This document shows positions 48,995 to 58,665 of a stretch of DNA of 64,000 nt, in pieces; the first letter of the stretch is position 1; each line of letters starts with the position of its first letter. The notes beneath the pieces were generated by a model that was not told where the DNA came from, did no database searches, and worked only from the letters and a program-made list of their open reading frames with translations. Source of the stretch: Promethearchaeota archaeon (GTDB lineage: Archaea > Asgardarchaeota > Lokiarchaeia > Sigyniarchaeales > SOKP01). The DNA is taken from positions 25,495 through 89,494 of the forward strand of contig JBHLPW010000009.1 of NCBI GenBank assembly GCA_048939015.1. The letters run 5' to 3'. Both the position numbers and the translations under genes were made by a program.

Positions 48995-49474
48995 TTGTCA
49001 GATACTTCAAATGGAGATATTAAGATATTAGCCTTCCTCTGTTGGAAATGAGGTTATGGAGCGGGAGACATGGCTGGAACCATTAGAGCTCAATATCCTG
49101 CTACTCTTAGACCGATAAGGATTAATTGCTCTGGTAGAGTTACCCCCTCTTTGATGATGAGAGCAATAGGGAAGGGTGCTGATGGAGTTGCTATTGGAGC
49201 TTGATATCAAGGCGAATGTGATTACGAAACTGGTAATTTAGTTGCTGAAAGGAATGTAGCATATACTAAGGAAATATTAAAAACAGTTGGAATCTCACCA
49301 GAAAGGATTCAAATGTTTCATTGTAGTGCTGCTGAAGGTCAAAAGTTTCAAGATGAAGCAACACGAATTTCAGAAAAGATCAAAGAATTGGGTAGCAATC
49401 CATTAAAAGATTCAAATTCCTCTAAAAATGAGAAAAAAGAATCAAAAAACATTAAAAAGAAAAAAACCGAATAG
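48995..49474 (+). CDS. mvhD: MvhD/VhuD [2Fe-2S] hydrogenase/Hdr adaptor subunit, selenoprotein with two in-frame UGA (codons 19, 70); 159 aa; absent from the ORF track
   Basis: MSDTSNGDIKILAFLCWK*GYGAGDMAGTIRAQYP...INCSGRV...GADGVAIGA*YQGECDY...ERIQMFHCSAAEGQKF...IKELGSNP; TGA at 49049 and 49202; TAG stop at 49472. Confidence 0.92.
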
Positions 49475-49513
49475 TATGACCTTTTCAATAAAATTTTAGT
49501 TGAATTGGGACTG
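49472..49513 (+). promoter_or_regulatory. Candidate eukaryote-like SECIS element (kink-turn core AUGA/GA, A-rich apical loop)
   Basis: UAG-U-AUGA-CCUUUUCAAU-AAAAUUUUA-GUUGAAUUGG-GA-CUG, folded by eye. Confidence 0.6.
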
Positions 49514-49634
49514 ACCTTGCGAAGGTTTCGGATTTGATTTTATATTTTTAAAATTTTATATCTTTCTTTTAACTTTTTTTATTTTAAAATTAAATTTTTA
49601 ACATAGTATTAATTTTAATTGATGTGAGTTTAAG

Positions 49635-50933
49635 ATGGGGAAAGATATTAAAAAACAGTTAATGAAAGCAGAACAGCTTGATAAAGCAATGCAATATAAA
49701 CGAGCTGCAAAACTATTTAATACAGTTGGAAATGAATTTCTGAAATTAGGTGATATTGAACGTGCAAAAGATTGTTTTTTTAATGCAGCTAAATGTGCCA
49801 TAAATGAGGATAAATACGTAAGTGGCTTAGAATTTTTAAGATCTGCAGGGAATGCCTCCCTAATTACAAATGACTTCTCAGAAGCTTTTCAATTTTACAC
49901 AAAAGCACTAAGTTATGTTCCTAGTTTACATAGTTCTTCAGATCGTGATTATCAATTTATTTTGTTTTCATGTTTATCTTACCTATGTTTATTTATAGAG
50001 GGAAAACAAGAGGAAGGTCTTAATTTAGTGAAAAAAATTAAATCTTTTGTAGATGATACCTATTTTAAAGAGAATTCCCTAATTAAACTGATTAAGGATT
50101 TAACAGTTGCGACAAAAGATAAAAAAGAAAATTATCTGAAAAAAATTGAAAATGATTTTGAAAATTTTAAATTTCAAGAAGGCGAAAGTTATCTGACTAA
50201 ACTCGCATTAGTATTGGCAAAATCTATTTTGAATTTAAAAACCGAATCGATGTTTGATAAGAATGTATACACAACTAATGATATTATAAATTTTAATATC
50301 AATATTGATACAAAACCTCTATTAGATATTTCAAAAAATTCTTTTTATAACTATCAGATAAAGGAATTGCAAATATCTAAAATAACAATAACGTTGTCTG
50401 ACAATTTTACAACCCATAAAAAACCAGAATTCCCAATTACAATTAAAGCAGGTCAGAATTATCAATTGAATCTTCTTTTTAAGCCTCATTTTCAAATGGA
50501 AAAACCCTTTATTGGACCTATTATCTTAACTTCTGAATTAAATGGGAATTTAAAGTTTTATTATGAAATTCCTGAAACTTTTTATCCAAATTTAATATCT
50601 CCTCCACCTACATTAGATATTTCAATAAAAAATTTGAGACCTCCTCTCATCGGTCAATCATTTCCTTTAGAAATTTTAATAGAAAATAAAAGTGAAGGAG
50701 ATGCCTTAGATCTTAATATAGAGGTGGAATTTCCTGAAAAACTTAAAGTAATGAGAGGTACATTGAAAAAACAAATATATTCATTAAGATCAAATGAAAA
50801 TATGAAATGGGAAATTAATATCAAACCACTTGAAGCTGGAGATTACTCTTTTAAAGTAAAAACGATGTTTAAAGATCCAGATCAAAATCAAATTGGTGAA
50901 ATTAAAGATTTCCCCCTTTCAATAAAATTATAA
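49635..50933 (+). CDS. Hypothetical protein: TPR/SNAP-like helical N-terminus + Ig-like beta-sandwich C-terminal domains
   Basis: AAKLFNTVGNEF..AKDCFFNAAKC helical repeats; C-terminal 'FPLEILIENKSEGDA..L.IEVEFP...WEINIKPLEAGDY'. Confidence 0.6.
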   Translation: MGKDIKKQLMKAEQLDKAMQYKRAAKLFNTVGNEFLKLGDIERAKDCFFNAAKCAINEDKYVSGLEFLRSAGNASLITNDFSEAFQFYTKALSYVPSLHSSSDRDYQFILFSCLSYLCLFIEGKQEEGLNLVKKIKSFVDDTYFKENSLIKLIKDLTVATKDKKENYLKKIENDFENFKFQEGESYLTKLALVLAKSILNLKTESMFDKNVYTTNDIINFNINIDTKPLLDISKNSFYNYQIKELQISKITITLSDNFTTHKKPEFPITIKAGQNYQLNLLFKPHFQMEKPFIGPIILTSELNGNLKFYYEIPETFYPNLISPPPTLDISIKNLRPPLIGQSFPLEILIENKSEGDALDLNIEVEFPEKLKVMRGTLKKQIYSLRSNENMKWEINIKPLEAGDYSFKVKTMFKDPDQNQIGEIKDFPLSIKL

Positions 50934-50985
50934 ATCCTTTTGATTTTATTTATTTCAATCTTGAGATAAAAAGTGAGATTATTAT

Positions 50986-52521
50986 ATGAAATTAAAAGTT
51001 AAAGAAATAAATTTTGAAACTGGAAATGCTAAGGATATTGTGTTAAATGATAAGGATGCCCAAGAATTAGGACAAAAAGCAGGAGAACGTGTCATCATAA
51101 AAAACATTGAGTCAAAATCTATAATGGAAAAATACTGGGTTGCAATAATTCAAATTGATTACTTAGGTACTATCGTAAAATCAGGAGAAATAGGAGTATT
51201 TCGTAATCTCCTAAGAGAAAGGAAAGAATTAAAAAATCAAGCATTAGTTTCAGTAAAACCAGCAGATCCACCAAATTCATTTAGATTCATACAAAAAAAG
51301 ATAAAAGGACAAAAACTAACTAGTGAAGAAATTAATAATATTATCACAGATGCAGTTTCTGGTTCATTATCAAGAATTGACTTGGCAGCATTCATCACTG
51401 GAGTTTCAATTAATGGTATGGATAATGAAGAGATGACGGCATTAACATTATCAGAAACTCGTAGTGGAGAGATTTTTTATTTCGGAATGGACGTCTATGA
51501 TAAGCACTCTACAGGTGGAGTACCAGGGAATAAGGTGTCTCTAATTATTGTTCCAATTGTAGCTGCTGCTGGTTTAACTATTCCAAAATCATCAACAAGA
51601 GCCATAACCTCACCTTCAGGTACAGCAGACTCAATGGAAGTATTAGCTCCTGTTGCTTTTACTCCCGAAGAATTAAATAAAATTGTCTCTGAAGAAAAAG
51701 CTTGTATAATATGGGGAGGTGCTCTTGAAACCGCTCCAGCAGATAACATTTTGATTGAGATTGAACGTCCTTTACATATGGATCCAATTGGTCTTATGAT
51801 ACCATCTATACTTACCAAAAAACTTTCATTAGGAGTTAAAAAACTCGTTCTAGATATTCCTGTAGGTGAAGGCACAAAATTCCCTACAACAGACAAAGGG
51901 AAACAATTTGCTTATTTATTTAAAGAAATTGCTGCGAATGTGGGGATTGAAGCGGAATGTGCCCTCACATTAGCTCATCAACCCATAGGACATGCTGTTG
52001 GTCCTGCTTTAGAGGCTAGAGAGGCTCTTACTTTACTAGGTGATTACTCTGCCGGACCAAACTCTTTAATAGAGAAATCTACGGATTTAGCTGGTATTCT
52101 TCTCGAAATGAGTGGAAAAGCCCAAAAAGGAATGGGTCAAACTCTAGCAAAAGATATTTTACGAACTGGTAAGGCATATGAAAAAATGAGAAATATTATT
52201 GAAGCTCAAGGTGGTAATCCAAATTTGAAACCTGAAGATATTGAAGTAGGACCACATATTCAAGAATTTTTTGCTACTAAAGATGGATATATAGTAGAAG
52301 TAAATAACTCAATCATAAATCGAATTGCTAAAACAGCTGGATGCCCTAGTTCAAAAACTTCAGGTGTTGAAATAATAAAAAAGCAAGGGGCTAAAATAGC
52401 TGAAGGAGAATTAGTATTCAGGGTGTATTCTCATAGCGATTCGAAATTAAGAAAAGCAGAAAAGATCTATAATCTTAATAGCCCAATTAGATTAGGTGGG
52501 ATGATGATTACAAGGATTTAA
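50986..52521 (+). CDS. AMP phosphorylase (archaeal thymidine phosphorylase family)
   Basis: N-terminal extension, DKHSTGGVPGNK, KSSTRAITSPSGTAD, DIPVGEGTK, QPIGHAVGPALEARE. Confidence 0.92.
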   Translation: MKLKVKEINFETGNAKDIVLNDKDAQELGQKAGERVIIKNIESKSIMEKYWVAIIQIDYLGTIVKSGEIGVFRNLLRERKELKNQALVSVKPADPPNSFRFIQKKIKGQKLTSEEINNIITDAVSGSLSRIDLAAFITGVSINGMDNEEMTALTLSETRSGEIFYFGMDVYDKHSTGGVPGNKVSLIIVPIVAAAGLTIPKSSTRAITSPSGTADSMEVLAPVAFTPEELNKIVSEEKACIIWGGALETAPADNILIEIERPLHMDPIGLMIPSILTKKLSLGVKKLVLDIPVGEGTKFPTTDKGKQFAYLFKEIAANVGIEAECALTLAHQPIGHAVGPALEAREALTLLGDYSAGPNSLIEKSTDLAGILLEMSGKAQKGMGQTLAKDILRTGKAYEKMRNIIEAQGGNPNLKPEDIEVGPHIQEFFATKDGYIVEVNNSIINRIAKTAGCPSSKTSGVEIIKKQGAKIAEGELVFRVYSHSDSKLRKAEKIYNLNSPIRLGGMMITRI

Positions 52522-52549
52522 TCATTATAATATATTTTAAGAATAATTT

Positions 52550-54040
52550 ATGCCTCTTATACCAAAAGCAATTTATGAAGATTTTAAGAATAATGAATTA
52601 GACAAGAATCTTGCAATAGAATTATTAATAACTTTAATCGATAATTCAGAAAGTACTAATACACGAATAGAAAGCATTAGAATATTAAATAAAATACCAC
52701 TAAATGATCATCAAACTTTCAAATTTCTAGAACATTTAATGATTTCTGATTTAGATGAAAATGTTAGAAATTTAACATGTAAAGTCCTAGCAAATCATTA
52801 TTTGGATAAAGTAATAGTTCCAATATCATGGATGCTTGAGCATGAAAGATCAATAAAATGTTTGGTAACTGGAATATCTACTCTATCAGAAATTAATACA
52901 GATGATTCAAAGTCAATTCTTATTAATAAATTGAGCAAGTTATACACCAGAGAAAATAAATTCAATTTAAAAAATGTATTTAAAAGAAGAAAAATTGAGG
53001 ATCTCTCTAATCAAGATCTTGCCGAGATCTTATTGAATTATTATGTCATCTCATTTTTGAAGAGGAAATATGGTTTTATTACCTATGATCTTAATGAAAT
53101 GGGGTTGATTTCAAAATTAGATTTATCTAATGTAGACCCTCAAGGTATATCCTTACCAAATTTTCTTGATTCTATTTTTTCACTAAAATCATTAAAATCT
53201 TTTGACTTGCGGTTTAACCATTTAGTTGAATTACCAGAAATATCAAACGAATCTACTTCATTAATATCTGTAGATTTAAGTTATAATAATTTAATTAGCC
53301 TTTCCCCTTCTATTGAAAAATTAAAATCATTAAAAGCCTTAAATCTAAAATCTAATAGGTTAAGATCTCTTCCTGACAGCCTGAGTAATTTAACTTTACT
53401 TCAAAAGCTGAATTTAAGAAATAATATGCTGAAAAAGATCCCTTCTTCAATAACATGTCTTAAATCACTAAAATATTTAGATTTGCATGGAAATAAATTA
53501 ACTTCCATTGATGTAAAATTAAACAATTCTATTCAAGAAATTGAATTAGGATGGAATAACTTCATTAAATTTCCATCTTATATTAAGTATTTTACTCGTT
53601 TAGAAAGACTAGGTATGAGTGGAAATAAAATAAAGAAACTACCGAAATGGATTTCTTCATTACAATCATTAAAAATATTGGATTTATACGATAACAGTAT
53701 TTTTAGTTTACCAGATTCGATTGGGAATTTAAGAAAATTGCAAATATTATCCTTACGAAATAACCACCTATCTATTTTACCAGAATCAATTATTTATTTA
53801 AAAAATCTGAAGAAACTTGATTTAAGCTGGAATAATTTGGAATTCTTACCCGATTGGATTGAAAAACTTACCTCATTGGAAGAATTAAATTTATGGGGAA
53901 ATAAACTTGAATCTATTCCAAAATCAATCGTTTCATTAAAAAATTTAAAAATGCTAGATTTAAATTTCAACAAATTTGAACAAATTCCACCCTTTTTGAA
54001 AGATTTAGAACGAAGAACTAGACTAGTTATAAAATTTTAA
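52550..54040 (+). CDS. HEAT-like N-terminal domain + about 12 leucine-rich repeats, paralog 1
   Basis: 'LEHLMISDLDENVR'; LxxLxLxxNxLxxLPxSI repeats. Confidence 0.9.
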   Translation: MPLIPKAIYEDFKNNELDKNLAIELLITLIDNSESTNTRIESIRILNKIPLNDHQTFKFLEHLMISDLDENVRNLTCKVLANHYLDKVIVPISWMLEHERSIKCLVTGISTLSEINTDDSKSILINKLSKLYTRENKFNLKNVFKRRKIEDLSNQDLAEILLNYYVISFLKRKYGFITYDLNEMGLISKLDLSNVDPQGISLPNFLDSIFSLKSLKSFDLRFNHLVELPEISNESTSLISVDLSYNNLISLSPSIEKLKSLKALNLKSNRLRSLPDSLSNLTLLQKLNLRNNMLKKIPSSITCLKSLKYLDLHGNKLTSIDVKLNNSIQEIELGWNNFIKFPSYIKYFTRLERLGMSGNKIKKLPKWISSLQSLKILDLYDNSIFSLPDSIGNLRKLQILSLRNNHLSILPESIIYLKNLKKLDLSWNNLEFLPDWIEKLTSLEELNLWGNKLESIPKSIVSLKNLKMLDLNFNKFEQIPPFLKDLERRTRLVIKF

Positions 54041-54199
54041 TAAATATTGTATAATTTTTAAAGAAGTAGGTCATTCTATCGAAGAGATTATACTAAAAGA
54101 AGCCATAAATGAAATTATTAAGGTTGCTGGATTAATTTAAATTTTTAAATTAATTTTCACATTTATATTAAGAATATTATTCTAGTATTTTCTATTTTC

Positions 54200-55702
54200 A
54201 TGAAACTATATCCTAATCTAATTTATAAAGAATTTAAAGATGGTATTCTAGAAAAAAATTCTGCTATAAATCAATTAATGACTTTAATTATCAATTCAGA
54301 CGATCCTGAATTAAGAGCAGAAAGTATCGAATTTTTAGTAAAAATTGGTTCAAAAGATGAACAAATTTTTCAATTATTTGAAAATCTTTTAATTTCTGAT
54401 TCAGATGAAAAAGTTAGAAATACTGCAATAAATGCAATTAAAAATAGTTTTATTGAAAAAGCACTAAATCCAATGAAATGGTCTCTTCAACATGAAACGT
54501 CAATAACATGTCTAATTTCAATTATCTCTACTTTAGGTATGATAAATAACGAAAAAACTAAAAAATTCTTACTGGATAAGATTAAAAATATTGATAATTA
54601 TGAATTTAATGAAAGTCTGCAATTGATGTTTAAATCTAATGAAATAAAAAATCTCAGTAATGAAAGTCTTTCAGATATATTAAATAATTATAAGATCATT
54701 AAATATTTAAAAAATGAATTTAAAGACATCAATTACAAAGTAAAAGATGGTATAGTAAGCTTCTTAGATTTGTCAGGAGTTAGTACTCATGTATTTGGTT
54801 GGAAGATTTTAAGAAATTTACCTGAATTTATATATGTCTTAAAATATCTCAACTATTTAAACCTAAAAATTAATAAAATATCAAAATTACCAAAATCTAT
54901 TGGAAATCTCGAATGTCTTATATATTTAGATCTAAGTAATAATAATCTAAAAAAATTACCAGAATCAATTTGCTTCTTAAGTTCACTAGAATTCTTAAAT
55001 CTAAAATATAATAAAATTAAGGAATTACCTCAAGCTTTTGGCAATTTAAATAGCTTAAAAACTTTAGATTTAAGGCATAACAACATAAAAACTTTACCGA
55101 TTAGTTTTTATGAACTAAAATCTTTAGAAATTCTAGATCTGCACGGAAATCAGTTAAAATCTATTCCAATATCAATAGGGGGACTAAAATCTTTAAAGGT
55201 TTTAGAGTTGGGATTAAATGATATTAAGGAACTTCCAGAAGGAATAATAAATCTTCACTCTTTAGAGAAATTAGGCTTAGGAGCTAATAAATTATCAATG
55301 AATTTTTCTCTTTTAGGCAATTTGACTTCTCTTTCAGAACTAGACATATATGATAATAATATTAGATTACTTTCCAATGAAATTGGCTTACTAAAATCAC
55401 TAGATACTTTAATATTAAGAAATAATAAACTGACAAACCTACCTGAATCACTTAAAAATTTAAAAAATCTTCAGAAATTAGATTTAAGTTGGAATAATCT
55501 CACAACACTTCCTGATTGGATTGGGGCTTTAACATCATTAAAAGAGTTAAATTTATGGGGAAATAATTTAAAATATCTCCCTCCTTCATTAGGTGATCTT
55601 GAATCATTGAAAATTCTTAATTTGAATTTTAACCAATATATTAGAAAAATTCCAGAACCTTTAGAAGGACTACAAGATAAAGGATTAAAAATTTTTAAAT
55701 AA
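54200..55702 (+). CDS. HEAT-like N-terminal domain + about 12 leucine-rich repeats, paralog 2
   Basis: 'FENLLISDSDEKVR'; LRRs collinear with paralog 1. Confidence 0.9.
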   Translation: MKLYPNLIYKEFKDGILEKNSAINQLMTLIINSDDPELRAESIEFLVKIGSKDEQIFQLFENLLISDSDEKVRNTAINAIKNSFIEKALNPMKWSLQHETSITCLISIISTLGMINNEKTKKFLLDKIKNIDNYEFNESLQLMFKSNEIKNLSNESLSDILNNYKIIKYLKNEFKDINYKVKDGIVSFLDLSGVSTHVFGWKILRNLPEFIYVLKYLNYLNLKINKISKLPKSIGNLECLIYLDLSNNNLKKLPESICFLSSLEFLNLKYNKIKELPQAFGNLNSLKTLDLRHNNIKTLPISFYELKSLEILDLHGNQLKSIPISIGGLKSLKVLELGLNDIKELPEGIINLHSLEKLGLGANKLSMNFSLLGNLTSLSELDIYDNNIRLLSNEIGLLKSLDTLILRNNKLTNLPESLKNLKNLQKLDLSWNNLTTLPDWIGALTSLKELNLWGNNLKYLPPSLGDLESLKILNLNFNQYIRKIPEPLEGLQDKGLKIFK

Positions 55703-55710
55703 GCTAACTC

Positions 55711-57468
55711 TTATTGAGTTTCATATAATTCTGAAATCTCTTTCACAGTTGTTATATCTTTTGGACTTTTTTCAGGACGTAATCTTAAAAAAACAGGAAA
55801 CCTCATTGAATAACCTAAAGTCGCAAATTTATCACTAATAGTAATCTCATCTCCAGTTATTTCCATTACTACCTCAGGTTTTAACCAAATATCTGGTTTA
55901 TCTTCACATATGACGTTTTTGGGTGGTTTTACAACAATGTATTTTTCCATATCTCTTGTTAAGGATTCAGATAACTCATCAGTCAATCCTGAAAAGAAAC
56001 GAGTAAAGGCAATATAATTATCATTTTCAGGGTCATATACAGCACCTATATACGTCCCATACACACCAGTTCTTCGCCCTTTTCCAAAAAAAGCACCGAT
56101 AAGAACAACATCAATTGTGTCTTTTAGTTTTCCTCCTTCTAAGCTTTTTAACTTGAGCCATTTATAACCACGATTTCCAGCTTGATAAATTGAATCATCT
56201 GAAATGGATTTTGCCATTATCCCTTCTGTTCCTTTTTCTCTAGCCTTTTTAAAGAATTCTAATAATTCTTCAGTGGAAGTTATTATTATCGATTTAACTA
56301 ATTTTAACTCATCACGTTCTACTATGATTTCCTCAAGCTTTCTCCTCCTTTCTGGAAGAGTTTTATCAATATATGATAAATTTCCAAACTTTAAGAGATC
56401 AAAAGCAAATAAGCATACAGGAATTTCTTTTGCAATATTTTCAACATCATATTTTCTTCTTCTTTGGCTTAAAACTTGAAAAGGAAGCATTTTTTCATAA
56501 ACTGGATCCATTGCAACAACCTCTCCTTCGAAAATTACATTATCTGTATTTACGCTCTCTCGAATAACTTGACAAACGTCAGGATACTGATCCGATATAT
56601 CTAGAAGACGGCGTGAAAAAAGTATTACATTATCACCATCCTTATGAATTTGTAGTCTTTCTCCATCTAATTTGTATTCCGCTATGAAGGGCGAACCTAA
56701 TCTATTAATAAATTCAGTATAAACTTCTCTTGAAGCTAGCATACTAAGAATAGGTGTTCCATATGTTATATCAATTTTTTTAACTTCTTCTAAACCTTTT
56801 TCTGCTAAAGACTGAGCTATTTCTCCTAGATCAGGATATAGAGTGTAAGCTCTTTCAATAATTTCTTTATTCTCCTTATTATTTGTAAAACCAAGAGCTA
56901 AACCTTCTATTATGGTTGGTGATTGAATCCCAACTCTCAACGTTGATGTTATAATTCGTAACAAATATTTTGTTTCTAATGGTGAGCATTTTCGGATTAA
57001 TCCTCTTAAAATCCCAAGTTTGGTATCATGTGAACCAGCTCCTTCCGATAGTGCTATCTTTTTTAATTCAGAGTATAATTCAGAGATTTCTAAAGAAAAA
57101 CCTGTTCCTTCTTTTTCATGATTATAATCAAATAATGATTTTTGTTTCTTTTTTTTTGATAATATTAATTCTGCGGCGGCTCCAATGTCTCCTTTTTTTA
57201 CTAAAACTTCTTTAATTTTTTTGACATCAACTCCAGAGTGTACAGATAATGCTTCAATAATCATCTTTTCAGCCAGTCCCATTTTCGGGAATTGTTTAAT
57301 GTTTGGAGTTAATTGTCCTTGCAATAGATAAATAATTTTGTCTAAGTCTTCAAAATCCTTACTTTCATAAATGCTTTTAAAAAAATCTGATAATAAATCA
57401 ATCATTTCTAGTCTTTTGGTAGTACTTTCAAGTTCAGAAAATAATTGTGATACTCTATTGAATCTCAT
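55711..57468 (-). CDS. lig: ATP-dependent DNA ligase
   Basis: AEYKLDGERLQIH, FEGEVV, FDLL, EGIMAK, WLKLK, SMRFPVF. Confidence 0.96.
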   Translation of the reverse strand: MRFNRVSQLFSELESTTKRLEMIDLLSDFFKSIYESKDFEDLDKIIYLLQGQLTPNIKQFPKMGLAEKMIIEALSVHSGVDVKKIKEVLVKKGDIGAAAELILSKKKKQKSLFDYNHEKEGTGFSLEISELYSELKKIALSEGAGSHDTKLGILRGLIRKCSPLETKYLLRIITSTLRVGIQSPTIIEGLALGFTNNKENKEIIERAYTLYPDLGEIAQSLAEKGLEEVKKIDITYGTPILSMLASREVYTEFINRLGSPFIAEYKLDGERLQIHKDGDNVILFSRRLLDISDQYPDVCQVIRESVNTDNVIFEGEVVAMDPVYEKMLPFQVLSQRRRKYDVENIAKEIPVCLFAFDLLKFGNLSYIDKTLPERRRKLEEIIVERDELKLVKSIIITSTEELLEFFKKAREKGTEGIMAKSISDDSIYQAGNRGYKWLKLKSLEGGKLKDTIDVVLIGAFFGKGRRTGVYGTYIGAVYDPENDNYIAFTRFFSGLTDELSESLTRDMEKYIVVKPPKNVICEDKPDIWLKPEVVMEITGDEITISDKFATLGYSMRFPVFLRLRPEKSPKDITTVKEISELYETQ

Positions 57469-57557
57469 GATTTGCCATTAGATTTATTTTGAAATTAAGT
57501 TAAATGACTCTATAAAATCTTAATAATAATAAAAAAGAATATAATAAAAATTAATTT

Positions 57558-58418
57558 CTATTGTAAAACTTTACTTAACTCAATAAACTTCTTTTGGATT
57601 GCCGTTTTTATTTTAGGATCAACTCCAGAAAAGCTATTAGCGGTAAAATTCAATTTTGAGCCTTCCTTAATTGAAAATTGACATATAGGGCCGTCCATTT
57701 CCTCAACAGCAAAACTTCCATCCGGTTTTTTAGAAATCCAAATATCATCATAGTGTTCTAAAATTGCGGAAAACACAAATGATACTTTCGCGTCAGTAAA
57801 AAGACTTGATGCCGATACTTTTATTGCTGGTGCTGGTTTTGATTCTGGTTTAATTGAAGGCAATGATTCAGTTATTTCATATTCAGAAGCTACTTCTGGA
57901 GTTTTTTTAGGCGAAACGGGTTGTATGGGCTTAGATGCCTGTACAGGTGTAACTGGCTTTGAAACTGCAGGTTCAGGAGTTGGTTTCGTTTCTACTTTAG
58001 GTTCGGGTTTTTCAGCAATAGGTGGTTGTACTGCACCTGCTTGGAAAGTAACGATATAATTATCTAACTCTGTAAATTTCTTTTCTAATGTATCTTGAAG
58101 TTCTTCATTGAGCTTTGTATCTTCTGGAACTTTCCCAATTTTTCGTGCATCTATTTCTTTTATACTTTTAATATCCCTTCCTATTATACTTTTACCTACA
58201 GTATATCCATGTCCTTTTAGAGACTCAGCTTGTCTTAGAGCTGTTCTTCGAGCAACTAATCCCTGCTTTACTCCATGCCATAAAAATACTGATTCGCTAC
58301 TTTCATCTAAAACTATAATGGAGGTTTCTGGTAGAAAATTGCTTTTATCCCACTTAACAGGCACTATTTCACCTCCGGGGCGCGCATCAAACATAAGTCC
58401 AAAGCTATGACTACTCAT
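57558..58418 (-). CDS. Putative gelsolin-like domain + Pro-rich linker + small C-terminal domain
   Basis: 'FLPETSIIVLDESSESVFLWHGVKQGLVARRTALRQAESL' fits the gelsolin-repeat pattern; P/K/E/T-rich linker. Confidence 0.55.
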   Translation of the reverse strand: MSSHSFGLMFDARPGGEIVPVKWDKSNFLPETSIIVLDESSESVFLWHGVKQGLVARRTALRQAESLKGHGYTVGKSIIGRDIKSIKEIDARKIGKVPEDTKLNEELQDTLEKKFTELDNYIVTFQAGAVQPPIAEKPEPKVETKPTPEPAVSKPVTPVQASKPIQPVSPKKTPEVASEYEITESLPSIKPESKPAPAIKVSASSLFTDAKVSFVFSAILEHYDDIWISKKPDGSFAVEEMDGPICQFSIKEGSKLNFTANSFSGVDPKIKTAIQKKFIELSKVLQ

Positions 58419-58665
58419 TGTTAAACATCTCTAGTTAGTTTTTCTAATAATCATGTTTTATTTGCTATAAATTAAATAGTTTGCATAAATATAAAAATTG
58501 AGTTTTCAAAATTAGAATTTAATCAAGTATGGTGAAAGAAATTATTTATTTTCTACCGAGTAGATAAAAAAGATTAAATTTTATTGATAAAATATGCAAA
58601 TTATTAATTTCATAAGAAATTCATTAAAGTAATCATAACGTTAAAATTTACAAAAGGATACAGAA

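Noticed and set aside
49028-49210. 60-aa minus-strand ORF in the track
   Set aside because: Antisense shadow of the real mvhD gene.
47000-49474. hdrA/mvhD as pseudogenes
   Set aside because: All five interruptions are TGA at conserved Cys sites, with no frameshifts and no internal TAA/TAG, and a SECIS-like element follows.
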